Shown here: in pieces, positions 1 through 8,145 of the stretch | How the letters are laid out: the number at the start of each line of letters is the position of its first letter | Position numbering within the stretch: the first letter of the stretch is position 1 | Source of the DNA: a virus | Lineage: Duplodnaviria > Caudoviricetes | DNA length: 34,928 nucleotides | IMG/VR virus record: IMGVR_UViG_3300020045_002525 | Coordinates: 1 to 34,928 of that record | Strand: one strand, 5' to 3' | The notes under the pieces: generated by a model | Told to the model about the DNA's origin: nothing | The model's input: only the letters and a program-made list of their open reading frames with translations | Databases searched by the model: none | Made by a program: the position numbers and the translations under genes

Positions 1-2
1 CA

Positions 3-497
3 TCCAACTAGGGGGTGAACGGCATTTGCACCTACATCCAGGGCAATTCCAATATGTTGCACCTTACCTGCGGGTCTTTTGGGGTCTGTGCTGTAGTCTG
101 GAAAGGTGAGCTTGGCTCCTAACACTCCTACGGATTTATCCTCCATAGTTCCAATCAGAACCTCGAAGAACTTTCCAGTAATTTCCACATCATCATTCAT
201 GAAGAGAATGAGAGGAGCACTTCCCATTCTAGCCCCCTCGTTGTTTGACTTTGAAAATCCTTCTCGAGTTTCGTGTCTCTTGGTGTAGAAGTTTACGATG
301 TTTGGATTTCTGCCTTCTCCACTAAATAGGTGCTGATTATTCTTTCGCTTCTCTTTATCTGTCCCATCGTCAATTACGGTAACTGTAATGGGTAAACTAG
401 CATAGGCATTCAGGGAGTTTAGGCACTTCTCCAGCCTGTCGAGTCTGCCACCAGTGGTCACTACTACGTCAACCTGTGGCTTATTTTGTGAGTTCAT
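3..497 (-). CDS. Glycosyltransferase family 2 (GT-A fold), 3'-truncated by the window edge; missing from the ORF track
   Basis: Manual translation from ATG at 497: MNSQNKPQVDVVVTTGGRLDRLEKCLNSL...VTVIDDGT...EGFSKSNNEGARMGSAPLILFMNDDVE...VGVLGAKLTFP...KVQHIG. Open to the edge. The VIDDG, GF..xNxG and LFxNDD motifs are typical of GT2. Overlaps the GT4 stop codon. Confidence 0.9.
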   Translation of the reverse strand, partial: MNSQNKPQVDVVVTTGGRLDRLEKCLNSLNAYASLPITVTVIDDGTDKEKRKNNQHLFSGEGRNPNIVNFYTKRHETREGFSKSNNEGARMGSAPLILFMNDDVEITGKFFEVLIGTMEDKSVGVLGAKLTFPDYSTDPKRPAGKVQHIGIALDVGANAVHPLVG

Positions 498-1479
498 CAA
501 TCTTCTCCTTTACCTTAGTTACTGTATCCTCTAACTTGATTTCATCTAACCACAGTGACGCGTGAGTTGTACAAGTTAGGACTTTTCCCACAACCGCTCT
601 GATTACAGCGACTGCATGCTCAATATTGGCAAAGCTCCTCCACGAGTTGCCCCACACATCGGTTAGTCCATAAGCCTCTGGAACTAGAAGTCCCCTACCA
701 TCTTCCAATAGTTCATGGATTGCCCCAGTGTCTGTACCCATCACCGGGGCTCCGCATGCCATGGCCTCAAGGATTGGGATGCCTAACCCTTCTGCTTTTG
801 AGAGGAGAAGGAACAGGTCGGATGCCACATAAAGTTTGCGTAATTCTTCCCGACTAATGCCGCGCTCAATTACCAGAAACTCCTTATTGATGTCAGCAGT
901 AATCGCCAAGTCTCTGAGGATGTGTCCGACTGGGGTATTCTCTCGAGTAACTAGAACATATTTGAATTTACCAACCTTCTCAAAATCTGATACCTTTTTG
1001 TCGGACTTAGCGCTAAGTATTCTGTCATACTCATCTGAGGTCAGAGATGGGTGTAGAAGTAAAGAGACTACCTTGATGGAGGCGGAGAGGTTTTTGCGTT
1101 CCTGATTATCCGCCACCGTTAGAATTACAAACTCATCCTTATAGCCAAGCCCTTCACGCAGCAGCTCACGCTCACCTTCTGCTGCAGGATAAAATGACTC
1201 TCGGTCAACTCCAATACGAAGGTAATCAGCATTCTGCAATCCTGCTTTCTTAGCGGCATTAGCCCCAGTCTCGGAGATAAAGAATACAAATCCCATCTGC
1301 ATAAGTGAGGCTGCCCATGATTGGGTGAGGGGAGGATTCTCCAGCGGAGTAATAGCCATGTATGGAACTTTGTGCTTTTCCAACTCCTTCTGTAGTGCAA
1401 TCTGCATTGGAATGTCAAATCCACTTTCAATAAAAGTCTTTTTTTTGGTTTCTAAAAACTCTTTATATTCATTACTCAT
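481..1479 (-). CDS. Glycosyltransferase family 4 (GT-B) C-terminal part, fused in frame to an unrelated ~23-aa phage N-terminus (chimeric ORF)
   Basis: VADNQERKN, LYVASDLFLLLSKAEGLGIPILEAMACGAPVMGTDTGAIHELL (EX7E motif). Base composition switches near 1410. Confidence 0.85.
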   Translation of the reverse strand: MSNEYKEFLETKKKTFIESGFDIPMQIALQKELEKHKVPYMAITPLENPPLTQSWAASLMQMGFVFFISETGANAAKKAGLQNADYLRIGVDRESFYPAAEGERELLREGLGYKDEFVILTVADNQERKNLSASIKVVSLLLHPSLTSDEYDRILSAKSDKKVSDFEKVGKFKYVLVTRENTPVGHILRDLAITADINKEFLVIERGISREELRKLYVASDLFLLLSKAEGLGIPILEAMACGAPVMGTDTGAIHELLEDGRGLLVPEAYGLTDVWGNSWRSFANIEHAVAVIRAVVGKVLTCTTHASLWLDEIKLEDTVTKVKEKIDELTK

Positions 1480-2221
1480 CTTTAATCAATTTATTTAACA
1501 ACTTATCCCCATTGATAACTTGTTTAGTTAGAAATATTTTATCTTCAATTGGAACTTCAAATCTGAATTTAACCATACTTGGAAAATCTGAATGTTTTGG
1601 AATAAACGCTAAATCATATAAATCTTTTTCGTAAACAAATCTATATTTCCAAGCATCATCTTTTAAATGCTTTTCTACATAATCTGTATTTTCCAACAAA
1701 TCACGCATTTCAAGTAGATTTTCTTCAGTTGGCATAAAGGCAATAGCTTCTCCGTACTTTGTATTGTGTATGCAACTATTTGAAACAATTTGCCAATATT
1801 CCTCTTTAAATTCATTTCTAAATAGTGCTACGTCTTTTTTAAGCAAACATTTTGCATAATCGTAGTGCTTACTCATTTGGTAACATTTTAACTCTGAAAC
1901 GCAACCTCCTGGAGTTTCTACTTGAAAATCTTCAGAACCGCTCCAAAAATCATATTTCGGATGCAAAGTTGTTTTATCAATTATCAATTTGTATTCCAGT
2001 CCTAATTGCCAATGCACCCAAACCTCCCACAATTTTCCCCAAATCATATCTTGTTTGTAAATAGGTAGGGTTAATCCCCTACCTAAATTTAACTCTTTAA
2101 TTTTGTCTTTGATGTAAGTTATTGCACCAGCACCAAATCCAAACTCACCTTTTCCTAAAATAGTTAAAACTGAAATTTTACTACTTGTAAATCTTGCGAC
2201 TCTATTAGCCTTGTTGTTCAT
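1472..2221 (-). CDS. YqaJ/lambda-exonuclease-like recombination nuclease
   Basis: RFTSSKIS, WGK..E, HPKYDFWSGSED, ELKC (PD-(D/E)xK-like), YWQ motif; directly downstream of the RecT-like gene. Confidence 0.75.
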   Translation of the reverse strand: MNNKANRVARFTSSKISVLTILGKGEFGFGAGAITYIKDKIKELNLGRGLTLPIYKQDMIWGKLWEVWVHWQLGLEYKLIIDKTTLHPKYDFWSGSEDFQVETPGGCVSELKCYQMSKHYDYAKCLLKKDVALFRNEFKEEYWQIVSNSCIHNTKYGEAIAFMPTEENLLEMRDLLENTDYVEKHLKDDAWKYRFVYEKDLYDLAFIPKHSDFPSMVKFRFEVPIEDKIFLTKQVINGDKLLNKLIKDE

Positions 2222-2948
2222 TTTTAATTTTGTTTAGTTGGTAAATTACTTTATCGTAATTTTTAGAATCACTTTCAGAAATTACTTTTTCGATAAATTC
2301 AACATCTTCTTTTAAAACTAATTCTTTTTTAGATGCGTACAATTCAATTAGATTTTCAAGTTTAGAAACATCTTCAAAATCCGTATCAATTGTAGAATGA
2401 ACATCTTTAATTTCTTCAACTGATTGCATTCCTTTTAGAATGTCTGGAGCGTATAATCTACCAAAGAAACTTGCAGCACGATATTGAAACATTAATTCGG
2501 GCATTGTTTGCCATTTTGAGCCAGCCTTAGCAAGCCATCCCTCAGCTTTTACCATTAACCAAGTTACAGTAGGACCAATTAATTTATTCCCCTCCATATC
2601 TTCGGTATAAGCTCGGCATCCGTATTCGTCTGTTTTTGGTGTTCCAACAAATTCAAATCTTAAAGGCTTGAAACGTCCACATGAATTAATTGAAGCAATA
2701 ATAAACGTAGAACTCCAGCTCGGTTTACCTTTGATGATATCCAAATTTTGCATTACTTCAAAAGGTGAAATATTTAAACGATTTGACATTTCCAATGCAA
2801 TCATAGTATTTGGAATATTATTTTTATATGATGCTGGAACAAGGTCCGATTTTGACAACATATTTGCCATTCTTTGTGCATCTTCGAAATTTGAAATTGT
2901 AGAGAATGCACCTCCCTTTTGTGTAGTTGTTGTTAATTCTTTTGACAT
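2205..2948 (-). CDS. recT: RecT/Red-beta-family single-strand annealing protein
   Basis: SDLVPASYKNN..NTMIALEM..RL.ISPFEVMQNL.IIKGKPSW and GSKWQTMPELMFQYRAASFFGRLYAPDIL.GM, typical of phage RecT-like proteins. Confidence 0.85.
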   Translation of the reverse strand: MSKELTTTTQKGGAFSTISNFEDAQRMANMLSKSDLVPASYKNNIPNTMIALEMSNRLNISPFEVMQNLDIIKGKPSWSSTFIIASINSCGRFKPLRFEFVGTPKTDEYGCRAYTEDMEGNKLIGPTVTWLMVKAEGWLAKAGSKWQTMPELMFQYRAASFFGRLYAPDILKGMQSVEEIKDVHSTIDTDFEDVSKLENLIELYASKKELVLKEDVEFIEKVISESDSKNYDKVIYQLNKIKNEQQG

Positions 2949-2951
2949 AAT

Positions 2952-4133
2952 TTATAGATTTTCTAATTCAGTTAATAATTCGTTGTAAAGGTCTGCTACT
3001 CGGTTTGATACTTCAATTGAAAAGGCTTTTACCTCAATTTGGTTAGCATCAAAAAACAAAGGAAAACGTCCTAATGTTTCAGATAAAGTTTGTTTGTAAA
3101 TTGCTTTATCTTGAGATAAACGTTTAATTCTCGCTTTGTTTTCCTTGTCCGATTTGGCTTTGTTTTCCTTTTCTAATTTGTCAGCATCTTCTTTTTCTTT
3201 TTGTTGCTTTGCTTGTCTTACAATAGCTTCTTTTATTGAATTTTTAGCATCATTTAAATAATTTTCAAATTCAATAGCATCACAATTAAAAATAGTTTCC
3301 TTTTCATAATTAGTGAAATTTTTTAAAGGAAGTTCGTTATCAGGATAAACAAAAACATCAAACAAACTTAAAACTATACCGATTTCAGCAAGTCTATTTT
3401 TACGGATTTCAAATACTTGGTTTTTTTGTTCTAACTCTTTTTCTTCACGTTCCGATTTTTCTTTTGCTTGTTGGTCCTCAATTGCTTTTAATCTTGCATC
3501 AGCTTCTTCTTTTTCTTTCAATAATTTTTCATTTGCAATACGTTGGTTTTCCTTTTCTGTAAGGTCATCAATTTTATTATTCAAAGCATTTTGAACTCTA
3601 TCTTCAACTTGTTCAAATAAAATATCGTATTCCTCAAAATCAAAATCAACTCCGTAAATTTTGGCAACCTTATCACAATCAATAACAATATTTTGAAAAG
3701 TCATTTTTTGAATAACCTCATAACATTCTGTTTCAATCGATTCAATTTTGTCTTTAATGGTTTTAATTCTTAAATTCTCTAAACGTTCCTTTTCCAAACG
3801 CTCATTTTCTTTGATTTCCTCAAACCTTTTTACTTCTGCTTGTTGTTTCTCCTCATGTGGTAAAGTAATCGCTACAAGTCCATCAATAATGGTTTTTACA
3901 TCTTTTCTAAAGTTAGAAAGTTTTGAAGCAATCAATTTATCTTGTGATTCTAAAGAAGTTCGCCCTTTCAATAATGTAGTACGGTGCTTTTTTGCAATTT
4001 CATAACTCGCATTATCAGTAATCTCAATAAATGGATATTGTTTTACTAATGATTCTTGAGTTTCTTTAAAGCCTTGTAATTCTGGTAAATTAGTTGCTTT
4101 TAAATCGTCTAATGTTAGGATTTCTGTTTTCAT
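2952..4133 (-). CDS. Coiled-coil phage protein (DUF1351-like position upstream of RecT)
   Basis: 393 aa, E/K-rich helical; N-terminal ITD...YE.AK..R..L.K.R..LE pattern; precedes the annealase. Confidence 0.55.
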   Translation of the reverse strand: MKTEILTLDDLKATNLPELQGFKETQESLVKQYPFIEITDNASYEIAKKHRTTLLKGRTSLESQDKLIASKLSNFRKDVKTIIDGLVAITLPHEEKQQAEVKRFEEIKENERLEKERLENLRIKTIKDKIESIETECYEVIQKMTFQNIVIDCDKVAKIYGVDFDFEEYDILFEQVEDRVQNALNNKIDDLTEKENQRIANEKLLKEKEEADARLKAIEDQQAKEKSEREEKELEQKNQVFEIRKNRLAEIGIVLSLFDVFVYPDNELPLKNFTNYEKETIFNCDAIEFENYLNDAKNSIKEAIVRQAKQQKEKEDADKLEKENKAKSDKENKARIKRLSQDKAIYKQTLSETLGRFPLFFDANQIEVKAFSIEVSNRVADLYNELLTELENL

Positions 4134-4138
4134 TTTGT

Positions 4139-4498
4139 TTAGTGTTTGAATTGTTTTGAATTAATTAATTTTTGGTTTTGAGCCATTTCGTTTGCTATTT
4201 TATGAAACATTAAATTTAGCTTTGATGATTGTTCAGAATTTTGCATTTCTAAAGATTTTAGAACTAATCCTAATTGCATTGAAGTAAAATCAACAATTCT
4301 ATCATCATCAGTAATATCCATTCCGTTAATAGGAGATCTTCTTATATGATAACCATGTAGAAATCCACCAATTTCTGCACATCTTCTAATATTAAAATCA
4401 TAATGATTTGCAAAAACATTTTTTAAAAAATAAAAGTCATTATCGTCTAAAAAAACATTAGCAGTTAATGTGGCATAAAAAGAATATTTTGATTCCAT
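4139..4498 (-). CDS. Hypothetical protein
   Basis: 119-aa ORF tightly packed in the operon; no recognised motif. Confidence 0.6.
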   Translation of the reverse strand: MESKYSFYATLTANVFLDDNDFYFLKNVFANHYDFNIRRCAEIGGFLHGYHIRRSPINGMDITDDDRIVDFTSMQLGLVLKSLEMQNSEQSSKLNLMFHKIANEMAQNQKLINSKQFKH

Positions 4499-4516
4499 AA
4501 GTACTATTTGTTTAAA

Positions 4517-5407
4517 TTATTCGTTAATGTTAATTTCATCATCATAATTATTGAAAATTCTATCAATCATTTCATTGATATATGCAGATGTCATTTTTTC
4601 TTTTGGAACTCCTTTTAAAGCATCAATTAATAATGAGAAATAAGCAACATCAACTCCGATTAGTTGTTCCTCTAAAACTTCAATATCAGTTAAATCTAAC
4701 TCTGATATTTGAAACATAACTTTTAGCATTTCGCCAGCTCCAATATTCCAACCTCTTAGTAAGAATTTTTTCATTCTAACTATTGAAGTAACTGGATAAA
4801 AACTACCTTGATACTTTAAAGTTTTTGTTAAAATAGATTCTAACGCATCAATATTTGTAACTAATCCATCTTTAAAAGTAAAGTAATTTGTTGCGTGAAT
4901 AAAATCAAAAGTTTTATGAATTTGTTCTGAATTTCCATTAAATCTTAATACGATTTGTAAATCATCAGTTAGTGAAATAGCATTTTGAGATAAAAAAGCA
5001 ACTCTGTATTTTTCTTCACTTTCTCCTAAAACCATTTTAATACCATCACTTGGAATATTCAACTTTACTTGGTTACTTTTTAAAGTTCTTAATCTTACGG
5101 CATTTTGAGAATTTTCATTAAATTCATTTCCTAAATCATCCACATCTTTTTGAATATATTCATCTTTTTTTCTTCCATCCAAAACATCACCACCACAATA
5201 GTATTCAGCCAATCTAACCAATACATCCATATCTTGAATATAAACATCGTAATCGTTTACTGGTTGATTTAAAAATAGACTTGTAATTGATCCGCCAGAA
5301 ACTAAAATGTTTTGTTTTACTTCGCTTCTTAATTTCTCATCTGTAATTGTTTCTAACCATTCATTTAGTTTGTTAGAAATTACTTTTTTTATTGTTTTAG
5401 TTTGCAT
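4517..5407 (-). CDS. Pol-beta-superfamily nucleotidyltransferase (CCA-adding/poly(A) polymerase-like head)
   Basis: hhxGGSITSL...VNDYDVY (GG + DxD), later IQIV-like strand, TFDFIH and RMKKFLLRGW motifs. Confidence 0.75.
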   Translation of the reverse strand: MQTKTIKKVISNKLNEWLETITDEKLRSEVKQNILVSGGSITSLFLNQPVNDYDVYIQDMDVLVRLAEYYCGGDVLDGRKKDEYIQKDVDDLGNEFNENSQNAVRLRTLKSNQVKLNIPSDGIKMVLGESEEKYRVAFLSQNAISLTDDLQIVLRFNGNSEQIHKTFDFIHATNYFTFKDGLVTNIDALESILTKTLKYQGSFYPVTSIVRMKKFLLRGWNIGAGEMLKVMFQISELDLTDIEVLEEQLIGVDVAYFSLLIDALKGVPKEKMTSAYINEMIDRIFNNYDDEININE

Positions 5408-5411
5408 ATAA

Positions 5412-5588
5412 TTATTTGTTTAATAAATCAATCCATTTTTTGTTCCCAATTTCAATTTGTAATTGAGCGTAATTTTCAGCAGTTACTTCATCCTCGAAAT
5501 CATACATTTTTGATGCCATAATCTCAACCCACAATTCAGCGTGCCAAATACCGTTTTTCTTTTCAGTTCTGATTTGATACTTGTCCAT
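5412..5588 (-). CDS. Small hypothetical protein (58 aa), below the ORF-track cutoff
   Basis: MDKYQIRTEKKNGIWHAELWVEIMASKMYDFEDEVTAENYAQLQIEIGNKKWIDLLNK; fills the gap between neighbours (1 and 4 nt spacers). Confidence 0.7.
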   Translation of the reverse strand: MDKYQIRTEKKNGIWHAELWVEIMASKMYDFEDEVTAENYAQLQIEIGNKKWIDLLNK

Positions 5589-5589
5589 A

Positions 5590-5895
5590 CTACTCAGGTT
5601 TAATAATTACACTTTCTAAATCAATTGAAGTCTGAAAATTGAAATACTTCAACAATTTAATACTTGCAAAAGCATCGCTCGAACTTTTAACCATATCCGT
5701 AAAATTCATATCAAAATCCTTTGATAATAAATAAAGTAACTCAATTACATCTGGAGCTTCTTTTTCCCAACTGGCAATAGTATTGTTGCTAACTCCAGTA
5801 ACTTTTTCTAAATCCTTTTTTTTGAATTCTGGATTTGACTTTTTTAAGTGATGAACAATTTCTGTAACATCGATTTTAAAACTTGATTTTGACAT
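5590..5895 (-). CDS. XRE/Cro-like helix-turn-helix regulator
   Basis: FKKKDLEKVTGVSNNTIASWEKEAP matches the HTH_XRE helix2-turn-helix3 pattern. Confidence 0.65.
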   Translation of the reverse strand: MSKSSFKIDVTEIVHHLKKSNPEFKKKDLEKVTGVSNNTIASWEKEAPDVIELLYLLSKDFDMNFTDMVKSSSDAFASIKLLKYFNFQTSIDLESVIIKPE

Positions 5896-5907
5896 ATTTA
5901 ATTGTTT

Positions 5908-6180
5908 TTAATTATACTCTTTATTAATATTTGATAATGGATTTTGAAAATTAATATCATCCATTTCAACATGACTTGGTTTGTAAACATTTCCATCTGA
6001 AACTCCATTTATAAACCTTTGATATGATATTGGAATTATTGCATTTGTTTTAAACTTATCCGCTTTTATTAATTTAAATGCTTCATGAACATTTAACGCT
6101 TCAATTGAATAATGTTCGAAGTCTTTTTCTTGGTCCCCATTAACCATAAAGCGGAACCAAATTCGTAACTCGTAAATCAT
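5908..6180 (-). CDS. Hypothetical protein
   Basis: 90-aa ORF in the early operon. Confidence 0.6.
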   Translation of the reverse strand: MIYELRIWFRFMVNGDQEKDFEHYSIEALNVHEAFKLIKADKFKTNAIIPISYQRFINGVSDGNVYKPSHVEMDDINFQNPLSNINKEYN

Positions 6181-6182
6181 GA

Positions 6183-6353
6183 TTAAGAATTTAAATAAAC
6201 TTTACCTAAATTAATTGCATCGTATTGTCTACAAAAATTAATATTATTTAACCTTAAACCATTTTCAGTTGTTGGATAAAAGAAAACTCTTTTTGTTCCG
6301 GCTTTTACAATTCTTACAATTATTACAGTTTTATTATTTTTAGATATTTTCAT
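6183..6353 (-). CDS. Small basic hypothetical protein (56 aa), first gene after the early promoter
   Basis: MKISKNNKTVIIVRIVKAGTKRVFFYPTTENGLRLNNINFCRQYDAINLGKVYLNS; stop lies 2 nt before the next ATG. Confidence 0.65.
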   Translation of the reverse strand: MKISKNNKTVIIVRIVKAGTKRVFFYPTTENGLRLNNINFCRQYDAINLGKVYLNS

Positions 6354-6381
6354 GATATATAGTATTTGTTATTTGTTTTGT

Positions 6382-6412
6382 CAAAGATATAAATTTATTT
6401 AAACTTTGCAAA
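6382..6412 (-). promoter_or_regulatory. Bacteroidota sigma70-type promoter for the early operon
   Basis: Minus strand TTTG (6412-6409), 19-nt spacer, TATCTTTG (6389-6382); matches the -33/-7 consensus TTTG-N19-21-TAnnTTTG. Confidence 0.75.
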
Positions 6413-6417
6413 ATAAA

Positions 6418-6447
6418 TTGAAACTATTTTAAATTAATTTATATTTG
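6418..6447 (+). promoter_or_regulatory. Possible divergent promoter pointing antisense into the end of the tail operon
   Basis: TTG (6418-6420), 19-nt spacer, TATATTTG (6440-6447). Confidence 0.4.
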
Positions 6448-6467
6448 TATAAATAAATTCAATCCAC

Positions 6468-6503
6468 AAAAAAAGCCCTAACATTATAAAACATTAGGAC
6501 TTT
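6468..6503 (-). terminator. Intrinsic terminator ending the late/tail operon
   Basis: Minus RNA AAAGUCCUAAUGUU-UUAU-AAUGUUAGGGCUUU followed by a U tract; G.U pairs form only on the minus strand. Confidence 0.8.
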
Positions 6504-6521
6504 CAAACAAAAAACAAAAAA

Positions 6522-7010
6522 CTAACCTATTTTATTTTTATCAAATTTTGCTGCATCAATATCATGATTAATATTTAATCTCGAATAAGTGCCTCCTAAA
6601 CTTGTAATTGCAGATTGTATTTTACCAAGTTCAATATTGACTAAGTTGTCATAATTTTGCAATCCAGTTTTTAAAGGTTCAAACCTAACCATACTATAAG
6701 TATTTCCGTTAAATTCAATCGTACCATCTTTTTTAAGCCATACAACAGATTTAACGACTTTATTTGAGTCCATAGAATAAAACCTTAACTCACCATTATC
6801 TGCTTCTTGCGACTCATTTATGACCCCTAAAACTATACTTTCAGAATCGTTTGAAGTATCGGCATAAATGGTAGTCATATCTTTTAAAGGATTTGCATCT
6901 ATTCCAAAAGGCAAACATTCATCAGCAGACTTTGCGCCAAACTGTAATACCTTTAAAATCCTTTTTCCTAATTCAATTGAACTATCTGAAAATTTACTAA
7001 ATGTTATCAT
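6522..7010 (-). CDS. Baseplate central spike (Mu gp45-like)
   Basis: PFGIDANP, GELRFYS, VWLKKDGTIEFNG beta-repeat pattern; follows the hub gene. Confidence 0.65.
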   Translation of the reverse strand: MITFSKFSDSSIELGKRILKVLQFGAKSADECLPFGIDANPLKDMTTIYADTSNDSESIVLGVINESQEADNGELRFYSMDSNKVVKSVVWLKKDGTIEFNGNTYSMVRFEPLKTGLQNYDNLVNIELGKIQSAITSLGGTYSRLNINHDIDAAKFDKNKIG

Positions 7011-8143
7011 TATGTATGTCTTTTATGTGATTCGTAATAAAATAAGATAGGCTTAGGAACTTGACCATTATATGTTTCTGGTAATACCAAATCTAAACTA
7101 CTTGTAGTACTTGCTTCATCAATATTTAATGTAATACTTGAAACTATCCATCTTGAATAAGCAAAACTATAAATTTCGTGATTATGAATGTTGATTAAAT
7201 CCCCAGGAATAATATCATCAAATAATCCTTGTAATTCTACCTTAACTGTAATGTTTTTTAGTTCTGCTGCAAGTTCATTATCAGCAGCCTTTTTAGTATC
7301 TGTATCTTCTCCAGAACTAAGTACCTTTGTAGTTGGGCGAAAAACTCCGATTAAAGGATTTTTAGCAACGTCAACAGTAGAAACTCCAGCATTATCTTTT
7401 GATGGTTGGCGAACTACATTTATAATTGAGTGCATTCCTTGTCCATTCCATTGGCTCGACATTTTCAAAGTGTTATCTTTATTGAAATAATACTTAGGTT
7501 TAGCATTTACATCTGGTTTAAACATTACAACTTGACCTTTTGCATTGTGGCTCAATAAAATATTTCTTTGAGAGGTCAATTTAGAAATATAACTTTTAAC
7601 TGTTTCAGTACTATCAGCAGTTGTTTTTTTGAATACTCTATCCGCTTCTTTTGATTTTGAAAGTTTCTTTTTACGTGGTTTAAAAGATTTTACATTTTTA
7701 GTATTTACATCCTTTGTAAAATTACTATCAATATCAGCATCACCATCCAATAAATAAACAACTTCAATTCCATAAGCATTGCAAAGTTTGTTCGCAATTT
7801 CACGCAAAGAACGTCCACTACTTTCTAAAGGATACATACTTGGAGGAATAGTAACATCTTCTAAAATTCCACTCAAAGAATAACCACTAATTGCAAGTAG
7901 ATTAAATATTGAATCACTTTCAAAAGCATGTCCCAAAATAACACCAGTAAAAAGTAAAGTCCCATCAATTTTGAATATTTCTACCTTATGAAATTGCAAA
8001 GGTTTAAATAACTCTTTGTGATCATCGTTTTCTGGATTGAAACGAACTTTAAAAGTAAACGTAGAACCAATACTATCTAAATTACGGGTAATAGATATTG
8101 CCGTGAAATTCTCGCAATTGCGACCATTAATTAATATTTTCAT
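7010..8143 (-). CDS. Baseplate hub (Mu gp44/gpP-like)
   Basis: MKILING...FTAISITRNLDSIGSTFTF, LLFTG.I, ETV..YI..L...R.ILL...KGQVV, C-terminal IVSSITL; 377 aa. Confidence 0.8.
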   Translation of the reverse strand: MKILINGRNCENFTAISITRNLDSIGSTFTFKVRFNPENDDHKELFKPLQFHKVEIFKIDGTLLFTGVILGHAFESDSIFNLLAISGYSLSGILEDVTIPPSMYPLESSGRSLREIANKLCNAYGIEVVYLLDGDADIDSNFTKDVNTKNVKSFKPRKKKLSKSKEADRVFKKTTADSTETVKSYISKLTSQRNILLSHNAKGQVVMFKPDVNAKPKYYFNKDNTLKMSSQWNGQGMHSIINVVRQPSKDNAGVSTVDVAKNPLIGVFRPTTKVLSSGEDTDTKKAADNELAAELKNITVKVELQGLFDDIIPGDLINIHNHEIYSFAYSRWIVSSITLNIDEASTTSSLDLVLPETYNGQVPKPILFYYESHKRHT

Positions 8144-8145
8144 AT

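Noticed and set aside
6504-6521. Complementarity of the spike 3' UTR to the chaperone leader (17273-17291)
   Set aside because: Both are low-complexity CAAAA runs, so a chance match is likely.
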